Part shown: positions 41,661 through 49,858 of the stretch, in pieces | Position numbering within the stretch: the first letter of the stretch is position 1 | Layout: each line of letters begins with the position of its first letter | DNA from: Candidatus Poseidoniaceae archaeon | GTDB lineage: Archaea > Thermoplasmatota > Poseidoniia > Poseidoniales > Poseidoniaceae | Reading direction: 5' to 3' | NCBI GenBank assembly: GCA_965662895.1 | Contig: CBFIJH010000002.1 | Span: forward strand, 32,001 to 96,000 | Length of the DNA: 64,000 nucleotides | Translations under genes and position numbers: made by a program | Notes under the pieces: model-generated | The model's database searches: none | The model's input: the letters and a program-made list of their open reading frames with translations, nothing else | Told to the model about the DNA's origin: nothing

Positions 41661-43286
41661 TCAACGCTCATTTGCAGAGTTTAAATCACTTGCCAATTGA
41701 CGCAATTGCTGTTCGAGAGTTTGTCGATAGCTTGCGTTAGCGGACCAACGGGAATAGGCTCTCCGTGCATCAACATAGCCATCCCACCACAAACCAAACA
41801 CACGTCCCGACATCCAAAACATCGGGAACATGAACAAATAAATCATTGCAAGACAAAGGAGGCTTGCAAGCTGTCCTCCTCCGAACAAGGAAATCAAATC
41901 GTTGTTCGAAAGTCCCGGGATTTGACCGAGATTCGTCCACAGAATCCACGTTCCAATGATGGCGCAAAATGGCCACAAAAGTATGGAGCCAAACATTGCA
42001 GCAAGAAATTGATAGGTTGTACGAGCATCCACCCCCTCGTCTGTTCGGTCGCCAAGATATCGTCCAAGTACCAACTGTGGTGATAGAGAGAGGAGAAACA
42101 CAGGAAGGAACAATGCCATCAGCGCAGTTTTCAATCCAAAAGAGATTCCTTTCAAAGGACTGCCTTTGCGCAATTTTAAGCCAGTGGAATCAAGATCTCG
42201 TCCATCGAGGTTGCGTCCCTGTAATTGCAAATGTATGTTTTTCGCCGATTCAACAACCGAATGTTCAATCGGAGCGGGCTTTTGGTCTTCGCCTTCGAGT
42301 TCGAGTTGAAATCTGTCCCGAACTTCTCGTGCAGCGAGCACTTCATCTCTCCATGAGTCAAGCGGCTTCTTGTTGAGTCTTGATTCGATTTGGGCAATAA
42401 GATGCAAAGCTCCATGCTCGTCCCAACTTGAAACGCTGGGCGTAAGCGGCACAAGGCGAGGGCGCAAATTGTCTCGGATGGAACGAACGAGATCGCCTGG
42501 TGGCTCAACCCATTGTCGCTTTTTTACCGCCTCAACGAATTCTCCTGGTAGTTCGTCCTCTGGTAGATAAAACGGTTCAGCAAATTCAACCCAAACATCG
42601 GTACGGTAATGTTGCCGCACTCGGAAATGGAGCCCTACAGGTTGCAGCACCGGACATTTCTTGCCTGACCCCTTTGCAAGTGCTGCTGCTGCTAGGACCG
42701 TACGCATTGGTCCTGTTCGGAATCGAATCATGTGTGGTAAATCATGACTGGTTCCTTCTGGGAAAAGTACACACCCAAAGCCACTCGAAATGCCAGTTGC
42801 AAGCGTTAACAGTGAGCGACCATTAAGATTCGTTGCTTCTTCTTCGCTGCATCCTCCGCGAAGTAATTCGGCCTTCCTTACAACCGGTTGGACTGCAAGC
42901 CTTCTGGTCCAAAATGAAAGAACGGGGCGAGTTACCAAATCATGGCGCCCTCCCATAACAAATTCTTTTGGATGAGCGAGCATAATGCCGAGTGGATCAA
43001 TTAAGCCGTTGGTATGCCACGCAGCACAGAGAGACCCTCTGTCGGCAGGGATGTGTTCCATTCCAGTATATTCAATTGTTCGAAATTGATTGGCGGCGGT
43101 TCGTCGGCACAGGAAGAACGCGAATTTTGTCCAAAATGGACTACCAGGTATGGACTTATCGAACGAAGGCATTGGCGTGTCAAGAAGCTTTTCCATTTTC
43201 ATATTCGCAGAAGATTTGGAAAGTACTGGAAGTGCTTCACCTCGGTGATCGACAACGCCATCGAATGGAGCAACACCTTTTGCCAA
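41661..43286 (-). CDS. PlsC-family glycerolipid acyltransferase with C-terminal TM region
   Basis: HxxxxD motif WHTNGLID, PVVR, FPEGTS; TTG start at 43286 after AAGGAGG. Confidence 0.8.
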   Translation of the reverse strand: MAKGVAPFDGVVDHRGEALPVLSKSSANMKMEKLLDTPMPSFDKSIPGSPFWTKFAFFLCRRTAANQFRTIEYTGMEHIPADRGSLCAAWHTNGLIDPLGIMLAHPKEFVMGGRHDLVTRPVLSFWTRRLAVQPVVRKAELLRGGCSEEEATNLNGRSLLTLATGISSGFGCVLFPEGTSHDLPHMIRFRTGPMRTVLAAAALAKGSGKKCPVLQPVGLHFRVRQHYRTDVWVEFAEPFYLPEDELPGEFVEAVKKRQWVEPPGDLVRSIRDNLRPRLVPLTPSVSSWDEHGALHLIAQIESRLNKKPLDSWRDEVLAAREVRDRFQLELEGEDQKPAPIEHSVVESAKNIHLQLQGRNLDGRDLDSTGLKLRKGSPLKGISFGLKTALMALFLPVFLLSLSPQLVLGRYLGDRTDEGVDARTTYQFLAAMFGSILLWPFCAIIGTWILWTNLGQIPGLSNNDLISLFGGGQLASLLCLAMIYLFMFPMFWMSGRVFGLWWDGYVDARRAYSRWSANASYRQTLEQQLRQLASDLNSANER

Positions 43287-43288
43287 GA

Positions 43289-43720
43289 TTATGCCTCCTT
43301 GGTAATCATTGATGCTAGGAGCCCCAATTTTGCATGGTCGGGTTCTTCCAAAGGAGTATTTGGCCACATCGAAGCAAGTGTTGATCCATCATCACCGATT
43401 GTTCGCGGCAGAACGTGAACATGGACGTGAGGCACCTCTTGTCCGGCAAACGGGCCATCGTGAACTACAATCGTGAAGTCCTTCGTATCAAAGAACTCTG
43501 AAAGTAAGGATTGCACTTCAACAACTCCAGACATCAAGCTTGACCGTTCTCCTTCAGAAAGATCAGCCAATCGTTGCACCGGGGAGATCGGAATGACCAA
43601 TGTGTGGCCTTCACGCCGAGGAAAAATATCGAGAAACGCATACCACCCTTCTCCGGAAGCAATTTTGTGGGAAGGTATTTCCCCAGAGAGGATTCGCTCG
43701 AACAGTGTTTGCTCTCCCAT
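43289..43720 (-). CDS. HIT-family hydrolase
   Basis: FLDIFP, GHTLVIP, AGQEVPHVHVHVLPR. Confidence 0.92.
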   Translation of the reverse strand: MGEQTLFERILSGEIPSHKIASGEGWYAFLDIFPRREGHTLVIPISPVQRLADLSEGERSSLMSGVVEVQSLLSEFFDTKDFTIVVHDGPFAGQEVPHVHVHVLPRTIGDDGSTLASMWPNTPLEEPDHAKLGLLASMITKEA

Positions 43721-43748
43721 GCGTACTCCAGTTCGATTAGCCAAATAA

Positions 43749-45383
43749 TCAAACCGCAGCAGATGGTGGGAGAATCCAATTTCCAGATGGTCCTTTTCGT
43801 AGTGCAAGTGTGCTATGGGTGCCATCCGAGAAAACAAGTTTGTGATGCAACTGCTCATCATCGGAATCAGCAAAATCAGAGCGCTGGTGCAAGCCTCTTG
43901 ATTCGGTTCGTAACGACGCGGATGTGACGTGCGCTTGCGCCATACGGATTGCAGCTTGCACGCGCAAGATTTCAAGCAGATTTTGATTGGCTACAAGCGA
44001 TGTTTGGTCGCAATACAATTGCTCTGCTTTTATTGCGAGTTGCTCAAGTATCTGTGCTGCATTTTCATAATCGTCAGCAACGGAAGACGGGGTTTGAAGG
44101 GAAGTCATGATCTCTTTCAGACGGGTAAGAACCGGATTTAATCGCTGAACAGCCCCTTCTGATTCTCCGCCTAGCATACTGAGCTCTGCTTCAGCTAGAT
44201 TTTGTGCTTGCTCCAGAGATGTTGCAGCAGTAAATTTGCGTTTTGTTATCCATTCGGCAGCATGTGTGCCTGCAGCTTCGCCAACACCAATAGCATCGAG
44301 AAGGCGGTTACCCCCAAGAACATCTGCACCGTGAAAACCGCTCGAGGATGACGATCCTGCGGCGTAAAGTCCAGTAAACCATCGGGCCCAAGATTGCAGG
44401 ACGACTCGACCATGTTCGTCGGTTGGAAGGCCGCCGATGGTGTGGGCAGGGATTGGAGCAACTTCAATCGTCTGTCGATGCATGTTAATGCCTGTACGTT
44501 GTTTGATATTGTCAAACAAAACAGACCACCAGTCAGCATGTTCACCTAGATTGCGAGCATCAAGAACGACTGTTCCAGCCTCATGCATCTTCGAACAGAT
44601 GGTGGATGTTTGCGTAGTCGAGGTTGTTTCAAGTGCCGCTCCAGCAGGTGTATGGAGCGTTGCTCCATCCGACAGGATGGATTGAGGAATCACGATGTTC
44701 GTGCCAACAACACCAAGGGGTGCCTCAGCGATAAATTCCATATTTCGAAGTGGCGCTCCAGCACGATAGGCCAGATCCATTCCAAGTGATGTTGAACCGT
44801 TGGAAAATACGCCTTCAAATCCACCATCAGCGATAATGAGTGCCTTGCATTGAATCGAAAGAATCCTACCATGAAGCATATCGATGGAAATTAGTCCATT
44901 TACTGAGTAATCCGTATGAATCAACTCCAACGGAACTTGGTCGCTTCGGCGCGTCACTCCGTGCTTCATGCATTGTTCTTCGAGCACTTGCTGTACCTCT
45001 CGGTTCGTAGCATCTCCAGCATTGCAAAGTCGGGGTTTGGAGTGCCCAGATGCATAATGGCCTTTGACGATTCCTTTCGCATCACGGCGGAAGTTCACGC
45101 CTCTTCGCTCGAGAAGGTCAACGATTCGAAGAGCCTTGGTTGTGTAAGATGCGACAATGTCTTGGTCGCAAAGAAAGGCCCCGGATTTGATTGTATCTTC
45201 ACGATGGCCCCTGTTGCTCTCCTCTTGGATGTGACAGGCGATACCATCCATGGCGTCAAGACCTGCATCGCCGAGTCCTGTTGAACTCATCATGAGGACA
45301 CTCGCACCGTCTTTTGACGCTTGTGCTGCAGCAGACAACGCTGCGGGACCATCTCCAAGAATCACGACATCCCATGCTTCCAT
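43749..45383 (-). CDS. succinate dehydrogenase/fumarate reductase/L-aspartate oxidase-like flavoprotein (divergent)
   Basis: DVVILGDG, MDLAYRAGAPLRNMEF, HTIGG, GLYAAG, RTESRGLHQRSDF; several canonical catalytic residues appear replaced. Confidence 0.75.
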   Translation of the reverse strand: MEAWDVVILGDGPAALSAAAQASKDGASVLMMSSTGLGDAGLDAMDGIACHIQEESNRGHREDTIKSGAFLCDQDIVASYTTKALRIVDLLERRGVNFRRDAKGIVKGHYASGHSKPRLCNAGDATNREVQQVLEEQCMKHGVTRRSDQVPLELIHTDYSVNGLISIDMLHGRILSIQCKALIIADGGFEGVFSNGSTSLGMDLAYRAGAPLRNMEFIAEAPLGVVGTNIVIPQSILSDGATLHTPAGAALETTSTTQTSTICSKMHEAGTVVLDARNLGEHADWWSVLFDNIKQRTGINMHRQTIEVAPIPAHTIGGLPTDEHGRVVLQSWARWFTGLYAAGSSSSSGFHGADVLGGNRLLDAIGVGEAAGTHAAEWITKRKFTAATSLEQAQNLAEAELSMLGGESEGAVQRLNPVLTRLKEIMTSLQTPSSVADDYENAAQILEQLAIKAEQLYCDQTSLVANQNLLEILRVQAAIRMAQAHVTSASLRTESRGLHQRSDFADSDDEQLHHKLVFSDGTHSTLALRKGPSGNWILPPSAAV

Positions 45384-45453
45384 ACCATTACCCCAGTGGT
45401 TTGACCGAGGCAAACCCCTGCCATAAGCAAAGCGCTTGTTCTCTTAGCAAAAA

Positions 45454-46995
45454 TCAGCTCGTTTGAACTGGAAGTTCAATTTCAGAAAAGCGCCGAACGC
45501 GCAACAACTCATGTATTCTGTCAATCCTTTGGCGGCTTTCTTTTGGAAGAACGATTGTCCGAACAATCCGTGAACCGAGGACAAGCCCGTCATCGTCACG
45601 AAGCGTTACCTGAACTTGTGCATGACCTTTGAACGTTCGATCCCAAGCAACGTTGATCCATAGGACAACGGTTCGCTCAAGATAACGCGGAAGCCAACTC
45701 AACACGTCATCCTCGGACGGATTCGTAAGGTCAATGGCTTTGAGGGGAGAGGGGCATGGTGCTAACTCAAACCTGTGATCAATCGATTGGGGTTCACCAC
45801 CTGGCACTTGTACTTCGACACGGACGTGAGTCGGGTCAAAGGTTTGGTTGTTGAGCGCAATAAACAGGCTACCTGAACCATCATAACATGTTGAATCGAG
45901 TGATATATCCATTCGCCATGGCGAGAGAAGAATTTCTGGTGCGCCAGAAATGAAATCATTTTGCAAGCGCTCGAAAAGACGGAATGCCCCTGGTTGCCAT
46001 GCTCGTGCGTGCTCGAGTGTTCGTTGAAGTGTTCTCCAGTTGAAAAATTCATCATCGGATAGAAGAATTCGTTCTATGGCATCCGGAGCCATGAAGTCGC
46101 GCAATGAATCGAATACGGTTTCTTCATTGATGATATCAATTGCATTGAGATGCAACAAGAAGAGAAGACGTTCTCTCGCTTGAATCATGTCTGTACCGGG
46201 AAGGATTGAGTTTTGGAATCGTTCTTCCCATTCGGCCCATTCAATTTGCGAATCAGGGTCGAGATGCGATTGGAGTAATTGGCCGAGGGGAGAGCCCAAT
46301 TGCGTAGGATGATGCGTTGGTGAATAATGAATGAGTAAAGGCATTGAATCCGCTTGCAAGCGAATGTAATATGTTGTTAAGATCGAGTGTATAGCCAAGC
46401 CAATTCCTGCGGTCATCGATATGAGAAGAAGAAGGTTCCAGGCAACGGAACGAGGTGTGATGAGCACTGAAAGGCAAAGAAGGGTGAGAGAGGTTGTTGC
46501 TAAAAATGCACTAATGTTGTTCTGTCTTCGTCCATCACGAAGACCTTCGAGGACCCGGTCCATTCCGGGTTGTGCCCGTAATGTGTGGCGTTTTCCACCG
46601 GCAAAGCCTCCTTGTTCCCGCAACGATATTTTTGCTTCAACAGCGGACCATGTTGCTTCACTGCCTGCAATAGGTGGGACAAAGGCAGCCAAAGCCGGAA
46701 TAAGCCAAATTGCTAAGATGAAAAAAGGCGATGTGTACGGTAAGATGGAAGGATCAATAACCAGCAATACAGCTGTCGCAGCAATCCCAAAACCAACGAC
46801 ATTTCGAAAGGCAAGGAAGAATGAATTGTTTGCAATTTGACCACTTTTCATACGGAATCGTTCGCTTTTTTCCCATGCTTCACGCGTCCGCTCAAGCGGG
46901 TCTTCATTCCGAGCAAACCCATGCCCGTAAGGATCTGGCAGGGATTGGATGGTCCTGCGAGTTCGGGCAACAATGGACTCTTCCTCCGGCTCCAT
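45454..46995 (-). CDS. hypothetical membrane protein (4 TM plus large C-terminal domain)
   Basis: Long ORF with two TM pairs; start uncertain (46995 or 47022). Confidence 0.6.
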   Translation of the reverse strand: MEPEEESIVARTRRTIQSLPDPYGHGFARNEDPLERTREAWEKSERFRMKSGQIANNSFFLAFRNVVGFGIAATAVLLVIDPSILPYTSPFFILAIWLIPALAAFVPPIAGSEATWSAVEAKISLREQGGFAGGKRHTLRAQPGMDRVLEGLRDGRRQNNISAFLATTSLTLLCLSVLITPRSVAWNLLLLISMTAGIGLAIHSILTTYYIRLQADSMPLLIHYSPTHHPTQLGSPLGQLLQSHLDPDSQIEWAEWEERFQNSILPGTDMIQARERLLFLLHLNAIDIINEETVFDSLRDFMAPDAIERILLSDDEFFNWRTLQRTLEHARAWQPGAFRLFERLQNDFISGAPEILLSPWRMDISLDSTCYDGSGSLFIALNNQTFDPTHVRVEVQVPGGEPQSIDHRFELAPCPSPLKAIDLTNPSEDDVLSWLPRYLERTVVLWINVAWDRTFKGHAQVQVTLRDDDGLVLGSRIVRTIVLPKESRQRIDRIHELLRVRRFSEIELPVQTS

Positions 46996-47065
46996 CTCGC
47001 TCAGCCCGACTATGTACAGCATACATATGTCTTCTTCGCTGCTCTCAAAGGAAAAACTTGGCAAT

Positions 47066-47142
47066 TGGCGGGCGTGGCAGGATTCGAACCCGCGATCTTC
47101 GGCTTAGGAGGCCGACGCATTATCCAGCTGTGCTACACGCCC
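47066..47142 (-). tRNA. tRNA-Arg(CCT), CCA encoded
   Basis: GGGCGTG acceptor stem, anticodon arm TCGGC-CTCCTAA-GCCGA, GGTTCGAATCC T-arm, ends CGCCA. Confidence 0.95.
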
Positions 47143-47173
47143 AGCGAAGCCAAAACGCCCCCTATGATGGAGG

Positions 47174-48307
47174 TTACTGTTGCGGAATACTTGCAAATTC
47201 GTGCAGCATCTTCTCAATCTGTATCCGTCCCTGGGAAGAACGGCGAAGTCGGACATCGCAGTCTGATAGAGCACCTAATGCAAGGGTAAGTTGGTGTTCC
47301 GGAAGATTTAGTCGTCCTCCGGTTAAGACCTGATGGACTTGTTCAACAACATCTTCGGCTTCGAGACTTTGTTGCGAAATAATGCTATCATAGATTCCGA
47401 GCGCTCCTTTGAGTGTTCGTTTGTTCTTGTATCCTTCTTTTTCCCAGCGCCATTCAACGACTTGTCCGCGCAATGCCGCTTCAATCATCCGTTGGACTTC
47501 GTTGGTTGAAATCATTGTAAGGAGACGGTGCAAATTGCCTCGGTCATTCAGCAAGCCTCGCAGCGCTAACAACTCTGTTGTAAAAATCGCCTTGCGGAGA
47601 TTGCCGTCTGAGATGTGAGCGATATCGCCAAGAATCCCTCGAACTGGTTCAACATCTTCTGCTACGCAGATCTCCTGCAATCTTGACTCAATCTGTTTCC
47701 TTGGAACTCCTGTAAACCGGATGTGTTGGGTTCGACTACGTAAGGCGTCGATAAGGCGGGAAGGCGTTTGCGCCGTGAAAATAAAACGGGATGTTTGACT
47801 TGTTGCCTCCATCATTCGGCGTAAAAGTGGTTGACGCTTATGCCCAAGGTAGTCCGCATCCTCGATAACAATGATTCGAGAAATGTGCACGTCGCTTTGA
47901 CTTCCTCGTACCGATTCGTGACCGGCGGGCGCGATATCGCCTTCTGATATCTCTGAAAATGTGGAGTCGAATGCGTCAAGTGAGGTCCGACTTGCAAGTG
48001 TATCGCTCGAATCCTTGCCGCCTGGTCTCAGAAATGACTCGAATGCAGCCATCGCACCTGCAGTTTTTACCAAATCTTTTGCTTGGAGAACATGTGTTGT
48101 AGAACGCCATGCTGGACCGAGAACCTGACGGACAATGAGGTGCCATGCTCCTGTTTTACCAGAACCAGCAGGGCCAGAAATGAGAAGGTGAGGGGGATTG
48201 GCTTGAAGGGCAACGCGTTCAATGGTCTCTCTCGTTGTTTCATCCAACGCTAGCGAAGTAAATCGGCGAGGTGGGTACTTCTCAAGCCAACTCGCCATGT
48301 GCATCAT
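47174..48307 (-). CDS. replication factor C small-subunit-like AAA+ ATPase (divergent)
   Basis: WLEKYPP, HLLISGPAGSGKT, IEDADYL, LRRMME, LRSRT, GNLRKAI. Confidence 0.78.
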   Translation of the reverse strand: MMHMASWLEKYPPRRFTSLALDETTRETIERVALQANPPHLLISGPAGSGKTGAWHLIVRQVLGPAWRSTTHVLQAKDLVKTAGAMAAFESFLRPGGKDSSDTLASRTSLDAFDSTFSEISEGDIAPAGHESVRGSQSDVHISRIIVIEDADYLGHKRQPLLRRMMEATSQTSRFIFTAQTPSRLIDALRSRTQHIRFTGVPRKQIESRLQEICVAEDVEPVRGILGDIAHISDGNLRKAIFTTELLALRGLLNDRGNLHRLLTMISTNEVQRMIEAALRGQVVEWRWEKEGYKNKRTLKGALGIYDSIISQQSLEAEDVVEQVHQVLTGGRLNLPEHQLTLALGALSDCDVRLRRSSQGRIQIEKMLHEFASIPQQ

Positions 48308-48341
48308 TCAACGACAAAGGTCTTTGACCATTTGTGTGAAT

Positions 48342-48503
48342 TCACTCTGCCTTGAGTGTCTTCTTCTTTCGGTCACCGCTGCTTCTGCGGAGCTTCATGA
48401 AAATCTTGCACCCGCAATGGCTGCAGTGAATTCCGTTTCGCTCACGATCGAAGCTTTCGTGGGTTCCGCATAGCACGCACTTGTAGTCAACAAGTTCCGA
48501 CAT
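48342..48503 (-). CDS. rpoP: DNA-directed RNA polymerase subunit P (Rpo12)
   Basis: Not in ORF track; manual translation MSELVDYKCVLCGTHESFDRERNGIHCSHCGCKIFMKLRRSSGDRKKKTLKAE fits Y.C..CG...I.C..CG.KI..K.R. Confidence 0.88.
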   Translation of the reverse strand: MSELVDYKCVLCGTHESFDRERNGIHCSHCGCKIFMKLRRSSGDRKKKTLKAE

Positions 48504-48555
48504 AGCCAAACCGACCTACCCATTGGTTTTGAACCTGTCCGTTGAATTATCGGTT

Positions 48556-49176
48556 TCAAATTCCACCAACAAGCGGGCGCGTCATGCGAATTTCAGTCGC
48601 CTGCGAAAGTTCCGTCTCGGTTATCGCGCTTGCAGCGACCATCTGGCCATCAACGAAAACCCAATTGTTGGCTTCCTTTGCGCTTGAAGCGATTTCTTCT
48701 TTGGTCATTTCACAGACCGAATGGCCTGTGGCATCTGTAACCTGGACCGTGAACGTTTCAGATCCGCCGACGATGGACGGGACCAAACGCAAGACGTTGT
48801 CTTGGTTGAGTTCGGTGTTTGCAATGGTGGCAGCATCGACCATTTGGCCATCGACAAAGAGCCAGTTGCCCTCAGTGTTTGTCAGCACGGTGGTGAGTTC
48901 CTGCTTGGTCATGGCCATGGCTTGGTCGCCTTTTTCGCTTGCTACAAGTACGGTGAAGGTTTCTGCTCCGCCAACCATTCCAGGGTTGATTCGAATCTCA
49001 GTGGAATTGTTCAACTCGATACTTTCGAGTTCTTCGACACTGACCATTTGCGAATCGACAAAGACCCATGTGTTTTCGTTTTCTGACATCATTTGAATGA
49101 CGTCTTCTCTGGTCACTAGAATTGCATCATGACCTCTTTCGCTTGCTACGTGAACTGTGAATTTCTTATCCGACAT
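48556..49176 (-). CDS. poly-ubiquitin-like precursor: three tandem ThiS/MoaD/SAMP-like beta-grasp units each ending in GG
   Basis: Units of 70, 68 and 67 aa sharing FTV.V...G, W.FVD.QMV and ending PGMVGG, PSIVGG, RPLVGG, then a terminal Ile; start MSDKK preceded by GAGG. Confidence 0.75.
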   Translation of the reverse strand: MSDKKFTVHVASERGHDAILVTREDVIQMMSENENTWVFVDSQMVSVEELESIELNNSTEIRINPGMVGGAETFTVLVASEKGDQAMAMTKQELTTVLTNTEGNWLFVDGQMVDAATIANTELNQDNVLRLVPSIVGGSETFTVQVTDATGHSVCEMTKEEIASSAKEANNWVFVDGQMVAASAITETELSQATEIRMTRPLVGGI

Positions 49177-49208
49177 TGTTCTTCCTCGCAATCTCTGAAT
49201 GTCCACAG

Positions 49209-49217
49209 TATATAATA
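49209..49217 (-). promoter_or_regulatory. TATA box upstream of the poly-Ubl gene
   Basis: Minus strand TATTATATA about 33-41 nt upstream of ATG 49176. Confidence 0.45.
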
Positions 49218-49264
49218 GCGAAAAATTCGGCATGTTCAAGGATGTTCTCGGAACAAAGAACTTC

Positions 49265-49858
49265 ATGGGCGAAAATGCACCTCTTGTCATCGATGTTGTG
49301 GACAATGGTGGGCAATGGACACATCGCGAGTGGAGGATGTTGAAGTATCTTAAAGTCGATACGCAAATCATTCCAAACGATACCCCTGTTGATGAACTTC
49401 GTGAATTGGATGGACTCATTCTCTCTGGAGGAGCTGCACGAATCGGTCTCTCCGGTAAATTGGGAAACTGTGCTGAATTTTTGAAACTCGAAATTCCAAT
49501 CCTTGGCATATGTGCAGGCCACCAATTCATGGCTCGATTCTATGGCGGCGACGCTCGAGAATCACCAATTCCAGAATTTGGGGCGATGGAAATTCAGCTA
49601 CACGATGGAGGAGGCAAAATTTTCGCTGGAACTTCGGAAACGCAAACGGTCTGGGAATCACACAACGATGAAGTTCACGTTGTCCCCGATGGATTCTTTG
49701 TTACTGCAAGTAGCCCATCCTGCGAAGTTCAAGGCATGGAAAACGAAGCCGGCGATCGATTCGGTTTGCAATTCCATCCCGAAGTCAACGATTCAGAGTT
49801 CGGCAAAGAGATGTTCGAAAACTTCGTCGAAGTTTGTCGAAAAGCACGAGATGCCTAA
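49265..49858 (+). CDS. guaAA: GMP synthase glutamine amidotransferase subunit A
   Basis: VDNGGQWTH, ILSGG, PILGICAGHQ, WESHNDEV, GLQFHPEV. Confidence 0.92.
   Translation: MGENAPLVIDVVDNGGQWTHREWRMLKYLKVDTQIIPNDTPVDELRELDGLILSGGAARIGLSGKLGNCAEFLKLEIPILGICAGHQFMARFYGGDARESPIPEFGAMEIQLHDGGGKIFAGTSETQTVWESHNDEVHVVPDGFFVTASSPSCEVQGMENEAGDRFGLQFHPEVNDSEFGKEMFENFVEVCRKARDA

Noticed and set aside
43721-43975. N-terminal extension of the HIT ORF
   Set aside because: Overlaps the 3' end of the SdhA-like gene; the HIT domain starts at MGEQTLF (43720).
47066-47142. tRNA-Arg as an integration site
   Set aside because: No integrase and no duplicated tRNA 3' end seen; flanking genes look chromosomal.
49177-49530. 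N-terminal 118 aa of the 324-aa ORF call
   Set aside because: Largely antisense to guaAA and spans its upstream region; the repeat structure, RBS and TATA-like box point to a start at 49176.
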